This document shows positions 26,429 through 37,667 of a stretch of 64,000 nucleotides of DNA, piece by piece (position 1 is the first letter of the stretch; every line of letters starts with the position of its first letter). The translations under genes and the position numbers were made by a program. Where the stretch lies: positions 106,766,001-106,830,000 of the forward strand of contig NC_087437.1 in the NCBI RefSeq assembly GCF_036321535.1, in the 5' to 3' direction. Source of the stretch: Camelus dromedarius (lineage: Eukaryota). Below the pieces are notes generated by a model. That model was not told the DNA's origin. It did no database searches and saw only the letters and a list, made by a program, of their open reading frames with translations.

Positions 26429-26594
26429 TGTAGGGAATGCCCTTTCCTCCTCCTCTGCCTGCCACATCCTAACTCATCCTCCAAGACGCCTCTTCACATT
26501 GTCTCCCCGAAGGCTCCCCCCCCCCCCCCGCAGAGTCAGGCTTCTCTCAGCCCGGACCTCACGAGTTGTCCTCCCTCAGTTAAGGGAGGGTCGC

Positions 26595-26983
26595 TGTGTC
26601 ACTTTTCTAGAGCTACCATAACAAAGTACCACACTTGGCAGAGCTTCAACAACAGACATTGTTATTGTCTCACAGGTCTGGAGGCTGGGAGTCCAAGATC
26701 AGAGTGTTGGCAGATTTGGTTTCTTCTGAGGCCTCTCTGCTTGGCCTCAGTGTGTCCTCAGTGGGTCCCTCCCCTGTGGCGCAAGTCCCTGTTGTCTCTC
26801 TGTGTGTCCTAATCTCCTCTTCCCATAAGGATGTGGTCAGATTGGATTAGGGCCCACCCTAAAGGCCTCACATAACCTATTCACCTCTCTAAAGGCCCAG
26901 TCTCCAAATACAGTCCCATTCTAAGGTGCTGGGTTAGGGCTTCAACATACAAATTTTAGAGGGACGCAGTTCAGCCCGTGACA
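26595..26983 (-). mobile_element. MaLR solo LTR (MLT1B-like)
   Basis: Minus strand begins TGTCACGGGCTGAACTGCGTCCCTCTAAAATTTGTATGTTGAAGCCCTAACCC. The plus strand shows CCATAACAAAGTACCAC..TCTGGAGGCTGGGAGTCCAAGATC. Confidence 0.92.
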
Positions 26984-27829
26984 GTAGCAAATTCAGGTAT
27001 CTAAAGAGACCCAGAGAGTGATGCCACTGTGTGCATGTGGTGAGGCAGCAGACATGAGAAATGAAAAACGGCCTTGCTGGCGGCAAGGTTGTGACTTTCC
27101 CAGCAGATCGTAAACATGTCCACAGCATATAACACTGTTCAGGCAGCGCTACACTGCAGCCGTGTTGGGGACGAGACAGGCAGGGCCATGCAACAAATGC
27201 AAAACTGACTAATCCTCCCCGTCTTCTGTTTACTTCTTTACCCACAATAGCTCTAAACCTCAGTTTAACCCTCCTGACTCCTAGATAAAACTTAATAAGT
27301 TAATCAGTCATGAAAAGCCCCACCTCCTGACAGCCTCCAGTCCACCCCTGGGTCCGGCTTCCTTCAGTCCCCCTGACTCCTCCCATCCAAGAAACTCCCC
27401 CCACCTCCTCCCGATGGCCCTCAGTTCCTCCAGGGTGTGCTCCATGCTGCGGCAGGTTCAATGACAGACTTTTTGTCCCAGCTCCATCCCCAGTGTTCTT
27501 TCATCAGTGGCTCTACAGACAGTGGGAATGGTGTGCTGGCCGTCACCTAGAATGTGTTTAGAACGACATGCCCCCCGCCTCCCATAAAGGTATTCAAAAT
27601 AAACAAAATGCAACATAGTGCAGGACAGATTACAGAGGCTGTGGGCAGGTTGGGCCAGCACAGCTGCCAGCTCTCAGCCCTTACTCAAAGTTTCCAGACC
27701 CCTTCTCTGAAATCTCTAACTTCTCCAGCTCATCAACGTTTCTCTCCCTTCTCTGATACGCTAAAAGTCAGGAATGAAAGGAGCAGCAAATATTTGCATT
27801 GTTTCTCATAACTTACCAAATATGCTCAC

Positions 27830-27990
27830 AGCCCCTGCCTTATTTACTGTTCACAACACACCTATAAGCTAGGCATGGTAGATCCATTGTAAAAAAAATG
27901 GGGAAACTCATCCTTAGCTATGTAGATGTTTTGACCAACCTTACATCAATAATGTGCCCAAGTTCATACTGTAATTAAGTAAAAATTTGC
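27830..27990 (-). mobile_element. MIR fragment
   Basis: GTTCACAACACACCTATAAG..CCATTGT..ATGGGGAAACT..TGTGCCCAAGTTCATAC. Confidence 0.55.
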
Positions 27991-28489
27991 TCTGAAATGC
28001 TATGCTGTGCTGCCTTGACCTCCTAAGAGCTTGTAGTTTAGAGCTTTTTGCTCCTAAAAGAAAAAAGAATCCTTTCTCTACTCTTGTGTGTTTATTTTCC
28101 TTCCTAGACCTATAACATCCTCACAACAGAGACCATGTTGTGTTTCTCTGTGGCATCTCCCACCACGAGATCTAGTGCAATGCTGAGCACATAGCAGAAC
28201 AACAAGAAGTCACCGATTGAATGAAACTCTGTAAACATTTCTCAGGAGGGAACAAAGGGAAGACATCATTTTAAAGCAGAGCAACTTTTCAATCTTTGTC
28301 TCCTAATTGCAGTACTGGAGGCTGTTACTTTACTTCTTCAGGGTGCTTGGCATCAAAGTATTTTTTTATGCCTAGCAGTTTTTCTTTTCCTGCTGTGGTT
28401 TCTGCATTGAAAAGGTTGGGAGGTTCCAACTTCAATACCGTGTTTGCTTCCTGGAATTCCGTGCGAATTTAGAAAACACATGGAGAGCG

Positions 28490-28892
28490 TGTGGTATACA
28501 CTGTGACGTGCTGTCCTGGTCTGCCTTTAAGGCAGGATTTGCTTCTCCAGCTGTCAGGATGCCTTCAGCTGTCAGCCCCTTCAGGGGACTGCCCTGCCCA
28601 AGGGTTACACCCATTCCTCATTCCCAGAATGGCCCACATCCCAAGACTGATCAGTGAAGGGTTTAAAGTCCTGGCTGTCTTGGCCCAGCTCAGGACAACT
28701 CTGAACGGGCATCTTGCATCAGAGCTGCCCATGAGGTTGCTTGAGGCTGTCATGAGTCTGCATCATGACTCAACTTCTGCCAAATCTTGCTTCCTTTTCC
28801 TTCTTTCCTCAGGTGTTGAAACGCAGGGCTCTCCTGAGTAAACATTCTGCACATTAAACTCTTAGAGTCTGCCTTCTGAGGAACCCAAGACA
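28490..28892 (+). mobile_element. ERVL solo LTR (LTR16-like)
   Basis: TGTGG start, CAGCTGTCAGCCCCTTCAGGG, GGCCCAGCTCAGGACAACTCTGAA, CAGGTGTTGA, TAAACATTCTGCAC..AGAGTCTGCCTTCTGAGGAACCCAAGACA end. Confidence 0.88.
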
Positions 28893-29245
28893 GAGGAGAT
28901 TGGTGGGGGATGGGGCGGGAGGGAGGACTTAGCTAGTCCACGTGAAGAAGATGAACTCGCTGTGAACCGTCAAGAACATAAATCAGTAGACTGTGTTTGG
29001 CTGTGGTCTGTTGAAGCTGACTGTGCATTACCCTGAGAAGTTTGGATGACTTGTGTGGCTTTGCTAAGCACCATTTATGCCTCCTACACACTGAGGGTGG
29101 TGAAAGGGAAGCCACCCAGGCTGCAGGGGGCTCCTCAGGGCCCCTTGAGTGCCTTTCAGGGTTCGCTAAGTTGCCAAATATCTTTCCCTGGATGCTAAAT
29201 AGACAACGTATTCGCTTTTATATCTATGTCGTCTTGAGCACTCTT

Positions 29246-29340
29246 GACTCTTTTTTTTTTTAGTGGAGGTACTGGTGATTGAACCCAGGACCTTGTGCAT
29301 TGCTAAGCATGCACTCTACCACTGAGCTATTGGTCTCCCC
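29246..29340 (-). mobile_element. Camelid-type tRNA-derived SINE with TSD
   Basis: Poly-T then GGAGGTACTGGTGATTGAACCCAGGACCTTGTGCATTGCTAAGCATGCACTCTACCACTGAGCTA. Diverged 17-bp TSD at 29229-29245 / 29341-29357. Confidence 0.93.
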
Positions 29341-31661
29341 TCATCTTGAGTGTTCTTAATCCAATGCATGGTGTAGGTGTGCATCATTATAGCCCTCACG
29401 TGGTTTCCTAATGGTGCTGGAACTCTCTGAACTTCTGATTGTGTTCATGACTTTTTTTTTCCCATTTTCACCCAAGTTCAAGCCTGGGAATAAAGACTTT
29501 GGGTAGACATTGGTTTGCTCTTTGGATCTTCCTTTCTTCCCCAGAAGTTAAGGCACAAGCCTCCTAATTGTCATTATTTTGGCTTTGAAGTCCAAGTGGC
29601 AGCTAGGAGCTCCATTTGCTCTTCTCAGTATCCTGCCACTTAGATAAATTTCAGGGTAAATTTCAGATAAATTTCACTCCTTGGCCCCAGGCCTCCCTCC
29701 AGAGTTTCCTCAACAGGACTAATTTGATATATTGCCTCAACAAATCCCATCAGCCCTGCCTGATTTGGAACCAAGGGTGAAGATGGTTTATAGGGGCAAT
29801 AACAACAGGAATGTCCTCTCTGAGGCAGGTAAATAATTTCCTCTCTGCTCCAGTCCAGTACCATTTCCCTCAGTCTTCTTAATGCCTGAGAAGCTGCTGC
29901 TTCCTCTGTCCTTAAAGCTCTTTTCTCCCCTGAAGGTTAATACACTGAAGGGAGAGCAGGCCCATTATTTCTGCTCCTTTGGGCAGGCACCCCATTTTCT
30001 TTACTTTCATTTGGCATTATGTTAAAAGTGGCTTTGTGTTGAAACCCATGATTCACAGTCACTGGATCAAGCTAAGGCCCCCAAGCTGCCCCATCAGAGG
30101 AGCCTTTAAGACAGAACCAAGCTGGTCAGCTGAGCCTCACTGGGTCTCTTGTCCAATGGGTGGGACTGCTGATGACCCACTAGCCTACTCACCCAACTTG
30201 TGTCCTTGTTGCGCTCTCTGTTGGTGCCTGACGCAACTTTATTCCCATTTCCCCCATACATTTCTTACCTTTCTTCCTGCAGTGAGTTTCCTGTCTTCCC
30301 ACCCTTCCTTGATTGCTCAGGAAAAGACCGGGCCTGAGTTCCTGGACCTCAGTCCAGTCAGCTGACATCTTCCATCTCTGAGCCTTGCTCCATCGTGGGG
30401 AAGGGGGCACTGGAGCTGGACTAGAGTGAGTGTCCCCCCAAATCTTTAGTGACTTCAGTGAACCGACTTCATTTTATTATTTAATCAATGCCTTTATTCT
30501 TACGTTTTAGTAAGCCTTTTCTGTTTAAAACAGTTCCTGAATTTACTGGAGAAAGTTCACAGTTCTGCTGTACCTGTCCAGCTAGTCTAGTATTTTCTCA
30601 GCTGTCTTCTTGGGTGAAGACCTGTTGCACTCTGCTAACACTTTGGATGGAAAAGGACCACCAGTTGGATACGCTCTGTCAGGAACCACTTCTTCTAGGT
30701 TCTACTATTTTTTTTTTTCCCAGAGTCATTTTTGATGAATCTATAAAAAATAGAATTTTGGGGTAACTTTTATGGTAATCATCTATGTGTTACATGGATA
30801 ACTTTAGAGCATTATTTTGGATATTTACAATTTTCTCTCCCCTTCCAGTTTTTAATGAATGACTTAGTTTCATTCATAAAGATTATGTGCTGTTGAGATT
30901 CTTGAATTAATCATCTTTTTAGCAATCTTCTTCAGATTAGTTATTAATGTCTGGATTCAAATGCTGTCAGGAGTTTATAAAAGTTCTTCACAAACCTCAG
31001 TAAGTATATTTCAGAAGAAATTGTGGCTGGGAGTAGAACCCCTCTGATTTCCTTCCAATTGTGCAATCCAGTCAGGGTGGCTGTGGCCCCATCTTTTTGG
31101 CTGTCTGGGCCCTAGTTTATTTATGAACACAATGAGCATTTTGTACGAAATGATTCTTAAATTTCCAGGTCTAGCATTCTATGTGTCTGGAATAAAGGGC
31201 AATATTTTAAACTTTGGGTTATACATTTCAAATCACGTTTCAATGTGCTGTTTTGAAAAGCCTTACAATTCCTTCTGTTCAGAAATATTTTTTTTCTACA
31301 CCTTGATTGAGAATTGCTTGAGGAAAGATCTCTCAAATGAGACTCAGATGGGGAAAGAAAAGGGGAGAAAAGGGAGAACTGAGCTTCAAATAATTGTATG
31401 AACACTTCCCAGATTGTAAACAGCTCTCCTTCAGCAGGCCCTGATTGCTGGGAAACAAAAAATTCTAGAACTAAGATTTAAACTAAGTATTGGGTAGAGT
31501 TCCTGGTTCCGAAAGTGGGTGGGCGTGAGTAAGGATTCTACTGTTGATCCTTTTCCGTGCAGAGAACTCATTGCTAAGGATTTCCCCACCCCAGATGATA
31601 ACCTTGCCACTTTGGCCTTGAATTCTCCCCATAATTTTTCCTTAGTAATATGTTTGGTAGA

Positions 31662-31664
<3 letters not shown>

Positions 31665-31699
<35 letters not shown>

Positions 31700-31802
31700 A
31701 ATTTAGCTACCAAATCAAAGAGATATCCAATATGTATCTTGTATATATATGTATATTATATAAATATATATGCATTAGATATCTGTTTTGGTAGCCAAAT
31801 TA
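31665..31802. repeat. (TA)n microsatellite abutting a ~104-bp imperfect inverted repeat
   Basis: TAATTTAGCTACCAAA (31699-31714) pairs with TTTGGTAGCCAAATTA (31787-31802). Inner arms are AGATATCCAAT / ATTAGATATCT. Confidence 0.85.
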
Positions 31803-32634
31803 CAGTAAATACAGCCTCCTGTTATTTATTCTAGCTGAAAATAAAAGGCTTTTCATGGGATTGAGAGTTGACTTTCATGGATGTTTATTTTCCATGTCAC
31901 ATTTGTCTTCTACCCTGACGTCTAAGCTGAAGCCAGGCAGATCTTTCTGTTTTGAACGTCTGATAACTAAGGACATTAGTTTTCGTGTAATCCCTTCAAA
32001 CCTTATCATCCAGTGGAGAATGCCCAGCTGACGTATTGAGCAACAACTGATGCCCTTAATAGGCATTTTCATGCACCAATCTCTCTCCTTCCCAGACACA
32101 TTTTTATCCATCTGGATGTGTTTCTTTTAGCAGCTGCCTAGAGCTTTTTTTTTTTTCCTTCTTCTTTAAATATCCTATTTACCTCTGTCTGCTGTTGTAC
32201 TCTTGGTGGCTGCCACTTCACTCCTAGCCCTCTGTCCTAATGTCTTGGTCTCCAGTTCAAGTGGTCACATTTTTTGGCCTCACTGATTTCTTCTCATTAA
32301 ATCTTAATTTTTTTTAACATTTCTAAACACCATAATTAATGTTATTCCCACCTAAAGCCGGAGCAATGAGTGACATATATAATAATATTTTGGACATGTA
32401 CGGATCTGTTTTAGGAACAGCTATTTCTTCCGTGGGCTCTGGAAGAATAAGCTTTTCTCCAGTACCAAAGGACTGACTTTCTCAATGAGATAATATTTTT
32501 AAGACACTCAGCTTAGGGTGTGACTTCTAGAAGGAACTCTGTAAATGGCGATTCCCTTCCACCCTCACTGTGGAATTTCGTAAACCACAGCTGGTGAATT
32601 AGGGAAGATGCTTTGCTCAAGAAGGTTCACTTTT

Positions 32635-32767
32635 GAGAGGGAGGGTCTAGCTCAGTGGTAGAGTGTATGCCTAGCATACACAAGGTCCTGGGTTCAATCC
32701 CCAATACCTCCATTAATACATAAAATAAATAAATAAACCTAATTACCCCCCCAACCCCTGCAAATAA
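32635..32767 (+). mobile_element. Camelid-type tRNA-derived SINE (Vic-1-like)
   Basis: GGGAGGGTCTAGCTCAGTGGTAGAGTGTATGCCTAGCATACACAAGGTCCTGGGTTCAATCCCCAATACCTCC plus A-rich tail. TSD AAGGTTCACTTT / AAGATACACTTT. Confidence 0.94.
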
Positions 32768-32859
32768 AAGATACACTTTACTGAATCCCTTATATTATAT
32801 ATACCCTTAGTACCTATTCTGCCTATTCACAAGGCCAGCCATGGTGGAGGTGGCTTATT

Positions 32860-33260
32860 TTGGAATCTTACAGCTGCATAGGATAGACCCAAAGTCAAGT
32901 GATGTTAAGCACTAAAAGGGACATGGGATAGTAAATAAGGATTCTCTTGCAATCCCAGGTCTAGGATTCAGGAATGCCTAGAATTAGAGTTAACAACACA
33001 CTCAGGACTCTCTCACTTCGTTATTTATGCACTTTATTCTTCCCCTCCCCCCACCCTTCACCAATATTGCTTCGTGTTTTCCCATGGCATGAAATAAGGA
33101 CTTATGTTTCCACCAACCAAGCCTTTCAAGAGAGGGATTGACTCTCTCATATCTAGGTCCAAAATTCCCACGGAAGGAATCAGTATTTGCCCATCTTGTA
33201 TGAGATTCTCCCTCCTAGGCCTATCTAGAAGGTGGTGGTCATAGAGAAGGCAGAATTAAC
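32860..33260 (-). mobile_element. Very old MaLR LTR (MLT1K/L-like)
   Basis: Weak MLT1-antisense motifs (TCAGGACTCTCTC, GATTGACTCTCTC, AAATTCCCACGGAAGGAATC). Confidence 0.4.
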
Positions 33261-33399
33261 CAAATTTAGAACAAGAGCTCACCTCTCAGTGATGATCTGT
33301 GGTCACGACATAGGTTCACATGATTTCGATGGGGGACTTTGGCAGTAAGCATTCCATAGAGAGGTAATTAAAAACTGTCCCAGGTGACTAACTGGTTCA

Positions 33400-35175
33400 T
33401 ACATTCTGCTTTCTCCCAAGCCTCCACCATCACCTCCCCATTTCTGTCTCATCTCTTCTTTTTATTTCACTGAAAAAAAAAAAACAATCAAAAGAGAATT
33501 GGACACGTTCCATTAGTAAATATAACACATCTTTTCATGCCTTAATCTCCAGTAACCATGGTGGTTCTGTCCTCTCTCATTTTATCTAAATCCAACTTCT
33601 CTATTCCATCATTAGTTTCCATTTTTTTTCTACTTCTCCAGGACTTCTTTCCTCCTCCATCATCAATTTCTACTCACCTTGTGTCTTTTCTGTTAGCTTG
33701 CAAAGGAACTATAAATCTTCCACCTAAACAACCCTCCCTCAACCCGGCTATTCCTCCAGCTGTGACTCCATCTCACTGCTCCTTTTGGAGAAACACCTTA
33801 GGAGTTCTCTATATTCTATGTTTCCCATTATTGTCCTTGTGTTCTCTCTGAACATCCTTCTGTCAGGCTCTCTACCCTATTCCTTCTTAAAAACTGCTCT
33901 TGTCATGGTCACCAGTGCCTTAAAATTGTCAAGTTCAAAGGTAAATCTCAGTCTTAATTTTACATCAGTAACATTTGTCACAGTTCATCCTCTTAAAACA
34001 CTTTTTTTTTTACCATGTAAACAAGGGCTAATTTTTATTTATTGAAATATAAGGACTCAACACATTCTACATAAAGCACTACTAAAATCCACCAAATGTT
34101 CCTTGGTCAAAACACAAATGATAAACTTTGAGAAACATTCTGATTCTTCTGATATATGAACTGAGGGTTTTGCTTTCCACAGTTTTTACAACTGAGGCTA
34201 AATATTTAATGAAGGTGGATGTGTAATAAGCCAGTGTCCCTTCAGAGAGGAATTAATCATGCTTTTCTCTGCTATCGGAGAATATTCATTTACTTCCATG
34301 ACATAAGCCATTATTCATGATCTACAACTTCTGCTGCCATGAAGAAGCATCATACTCTTAAAGAATTGGTGTTCCTTTATCTTAATCCATGAAGAATAAA
34401 GCAGTTCTTTTCTCAGATACATAATGTTCTTCTGTCTTAACTCCGATGCAGGAGAAAATGAAGTTCTGAACACTTACTGTGGTAAGTTACATCGCTGTTA
34501 CAGTTCCACCAATACAGCACATCCTGTATTGGTGTTACACCAATGCATCTTTTCCAATTACATTGTATAGTGATTATGCATAAATGTTTGCTGTTGTTAT
34601 TTCACTGAAAAAAAAACCTACTCCTCTTGATGACTTTTCCAACTCAAGTCAAGGCAGCTCTCTTCTCTCAAGTACATAATCCAAGTACACTTGATGTCAG
34701 GGTGACTCATTTTTCTCTTTAATAACTCATGTTTAATCTGTCAGCAGATTCAGTTGACTACAGAATTGAATAGTTTTTTTTTCTTTTTACCATTATTCCC
34801 ACGCTACTCCAAGAAATGTACAATCACCTCTTGATTGATCAACCTCAAGTGGGTAATTGATCTCCCTGTGCTCACTTTTGTTCCTCTTCATTCTTTCATC
34901 CTCAGAGCAACCCAAGTGTTTATTGTTTGCTTTCTTTACTAGGGTGTCACTGCCATGAGATCAGGGACTTCTTCTGTTTTGTTCACCGCTGTTTCCCCAG
35001 CACCTAGTCCAATGCCTGGCACACAATAGGTACTCAAAGCAATGTTAGTTGAAAGAATCCACCAATCTGTGTGCTCTTGCCAAACTAGGACTTTAACTTA
35101 TTGATGTTTCTATTTCCTGTGTGTACTGCACTATCAGGCAAAGAGCAGGTGCTCAAAATGTATTTGTTCAATGAA
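33400..35175 (+). mobile_element. L2 remnant, interrupted by a ~600-bp non-L2 insert at 34002-34610
   Basis: L2 motifs TTATTTCACTGA..AATCAAAAGAGAA, CTGCTCTTGTCATGGTCACCAGTG, TCAGTAACATTTGTCACAGTT, and 3' end CCCAGCACCTAG..GCCTGGCACACAATAGGTACTCAA. Confidence 0.85.
34002..34610 (-). pseudogene. Candidate 5'-truncated retrocopy of an unidentified mRNA 3' UTR
   Basis: Minus strand ends ...CAATAAATAAAAATTAGCCCTTGTTTACATGGT(A)10, with AATAAA about 22 nt before the A tract. Sequence matches no repeat I recognise and interrupts L2. No clear TSD. Confidence 0.5.
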
Positions 35176-35427
35176 TCCCTGAGTTTCTGGGGAATAATGC
35201 AAGTGAAACACAAATTCCTCTCTCTGGCTCTTTTCACAGGTTATCCTTTTGTTCCCTTCATTGAAAGGGCCCTACAAAAAAGTCAAAGGGATAAATCTCT
35301 CCAGAATTAATAAAGGATCATTTGTGAGGATGAAGATCTGCAGATCACAGTGGATTAAAACAGGCAGGGATTTGATTGAATAGGGAGCACAGAAGCAAAG
35401 CTACCTGGGAGATTGTTTGCAGGGAGC

Positions 35428-35435
35428 TGACGTCA
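35428..35435. promoter_or_regulatory. Perfect palindromic CRE motif
   Basis: TGACGTCA with its CpG retained. Motif only. Confidence 0.2.
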
Positions 35436-35654
35436 TGAACCCTCCACCTGGGAGAGTAAAACATCTCTTGCTGCAGGAAAATGGGGGTCTATGAGCTTTC
35501 AGAAGCTAAAGAACTAATACTATGGGACTTCAGCATAGTAAGAAATAGCTTTGGTTTCTTTTTTTCGTCTACTTATTCTTATTTTCCTGTTTGCTCTTTC
35601 CTTCCTCTCTCCTTCCCTCCCTTTTTCTTTTTTTTCTTTCCTCCTTTCTTCCTT

Positions 35655-36235
35655 TCCTTCATCTACTGGTTTTGAGCACTTGCTCTATGCAGGGCATATA
35701 AACAGATGAAGACACAGACAAGACCCTTGTATGGATGGAGTTTATGATATGAGACTAGGGGACTGGGGAGAGAGAGTCACGCTAAGAAGCACAAATAGAA
35801 CAAGATAATAAAATGTTGATGTGGTTACACAAAGATGTAGGTACACCAAAGAGGTTATTCCCATACACATGAATAAATGAGACTCTGGGGAAAGGGGACA
35901 TTTCCTAGCAGATTTTGAGATTTGATCTGAGTTTTAAAGAATGAATAGAAATCTTCTAGCTGATAAAAAGGATAAAGGTATTCAAGATACAGATGACAGT
36001 AATGTGGGTATGCTGAGGACACAACAGGGTATATTTTGGGTACTACAATTGTCCCGTGTGTCTAGGGAAGACATGGCATGTGAAAGTGGTTAAGGAGGTG
36101 AAGCTAAATGTAGGTAGAAGCCAGATTATGAAGTTTATAGAAACTAAAATGAGGATTCTTATTCTGGGTGCTCTGGAATGTAATTTTAGGATTATAACCA
36201 AGAAGGTAAAATAATCGTAATATTGTTATGGTAAG
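35655..36235 (-). mobile_element. L2 3' portion
   Basis: TTGAGCACTTGCTCTATGCAGGGCA..GACCCTTG..TGGAGTTTA..TTTGATCTGAGTTTTAAAGAATGAATAG..GCCAGATTATGAAG. Confidence 0.8.
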
Positions 36236-36239
36236 GTAA

Positions 36240-36470
36240 TACTAATAAAGAGAAAGTTTCCTTATTTATTGATGATTTTTATGTGCCAGGCAAAGTTTAA
36301 GAGCTACTTACACAGTATCTCATTTAATTCTCCTAACAAACCTCCAAAAGAAGTATTATTAGGCTCATTCTAGAGTTAAGGAAATGGAAGTTTAGAGAAC
36401 CTTCCATTAGGGATGTGATCGACGTGTGGTCAGAATTCTCAGGCTTCTAACTCAAAATACTGAAATTCCT
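36240..36470 (-). mobile_element. MIR
   Basis: ATTTATTGA..TATGTGCCAGGCA..ATCTCATTTAATTCTCCTAACAAACC..CATTCTAGAGTTAAGGAAATGGAAG. Confidence 0.8.
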
Positions 36471-36471
36471 T

Positions 36472-36576
36472 AAAAAAACTACATTATGTGTTTAGTCCCA
36501 GGCAGTAAACTTAGTACCAGTAAATGTGCAATAAATGGAAGAAACTAAAAACCAACCAACCAAACAAACAAAAAAA
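36472..36576 (+). pseudogene. Candidate tiny retroposed mRNA 3' end with poly(A) signal, decayed tail and TSD
   Basis: About 75 nt of unique sequence with AATAAA at 36530-36535 and tail AAAAACCAACCAACCAAACAAACAAAAAAA. Flanked by GAAATTCCTT at 36462-36471 and 36582-36591. Confidence 0.55.
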
Positions 36577-36597
36577 CCCCCGAAATTCCTTTCTTCT

Positions 36598-36619
36598 GTT
36601 TTATTTTGTAATTTTATAT

Positions 36620-36654
<35 letters not shown>

Positions 36655-37559
36655 TTATTTTTCTTCCAGTTGTATTGAGATATAATTGGCATACAGCACT
36701 GTATAAGTTTCAGGTATACAGCATAATGATTTGACTTACATTCATCATGAAATGATTCTTACAGTGAGTTTAGTGAACATCTATCACCTCATATAAATAT
36801 ATTAAAGAAACAGAAAAAAAATTTTTCCATAGCTGGAACTTGTACCTTTTAATCTCTCTCACCTATTTCTCTCCTCATCCCAGCCCCCTCCCCTCTGGCA
36901 ACTACCTATTTGTTCTTTGTAGCTATGACTCTGTTTCTGTTTACTTATGTTTATTCTTTCATCTTGTCTCTTAGTTTCCACACATAAGTGAGATCATACA
37001 GTATTTGTCTTTCTCCGTCTGACTGATTTCACTTAATATGATACCCTCTAGGTCCACCCATGTTGTTGCAAATGGAAAGATTTCATTCTTTTTTATGACT
37101 GGGTAATCTTACATTGTATATGTATGTATGTACATGTATATGCATATATATGTGTATATGTATGTATGTACATGTATATGCATATATATATGTATATGTG
37201 TGTGTGTGTGTGTATACACTCCACATCTTTATCCATTTATCTATTGATGGGCACTTAGGTTGCTTCTTCATCTTGGGTATTTTAAATTATGCTTCAGTGA
37301 ACATAGGAGTGCATGTATCTTTTTAAATTAATGTTTTCAGTTTTGCTTTGGGTAAATACTCAGGAGTGGAATTGCTGGATCATATGATAGTATTTAAATT
37401 TTTTTGAGGAATCTCCATACTGTTTTCCATATTGGCCAGTTTACATTCCTGCCAACAGTGCACAAGGGTTCTCCTTTCTCCACATCCTGCCACCACTTCC
37501 TGTTTCTTGTCTTTTTGACAATAGCCATTCTAACAGATGCGAGGAGATATTTCATTGTG
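36598..37559 (-). mobile_element. 5'-truncated L1 (intermediate-age subfamily)
   Basis: (TTTA)n tail and antisense 3' UTR. ORF2 C-terminal peptides on the minus strand: RMAIVKKTRNRKWWQDVEKGEPLCTVGRNVNW and KQPKCPSIDKWIKMW. Confidence 0.96.
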
Positions 37560-37667
37560 AGAAGGTGATATTCAAGTGAAGACTTGTAAGAGGCTGGAGG
37601 GTGCGTGCTGTACATATCTTGGAAAAGAGCGCTGCAGGCGGAGGAAGCAGCAAGTGCAAAGGCCCTG

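Noticed and set aside
26300..26812. 170-aa ORF
   Set aside because: It reads through MER5A, a poly-C run and MLT1B, so it is a chance ORF.
32640..32712. tRNA gene (also 20640, 29265, 55627)
   Set aside because: A and B boxes are present, but each is followed by an A-rich tail, mostly with TSDs, and the stems are degenerate. These are SINEs.
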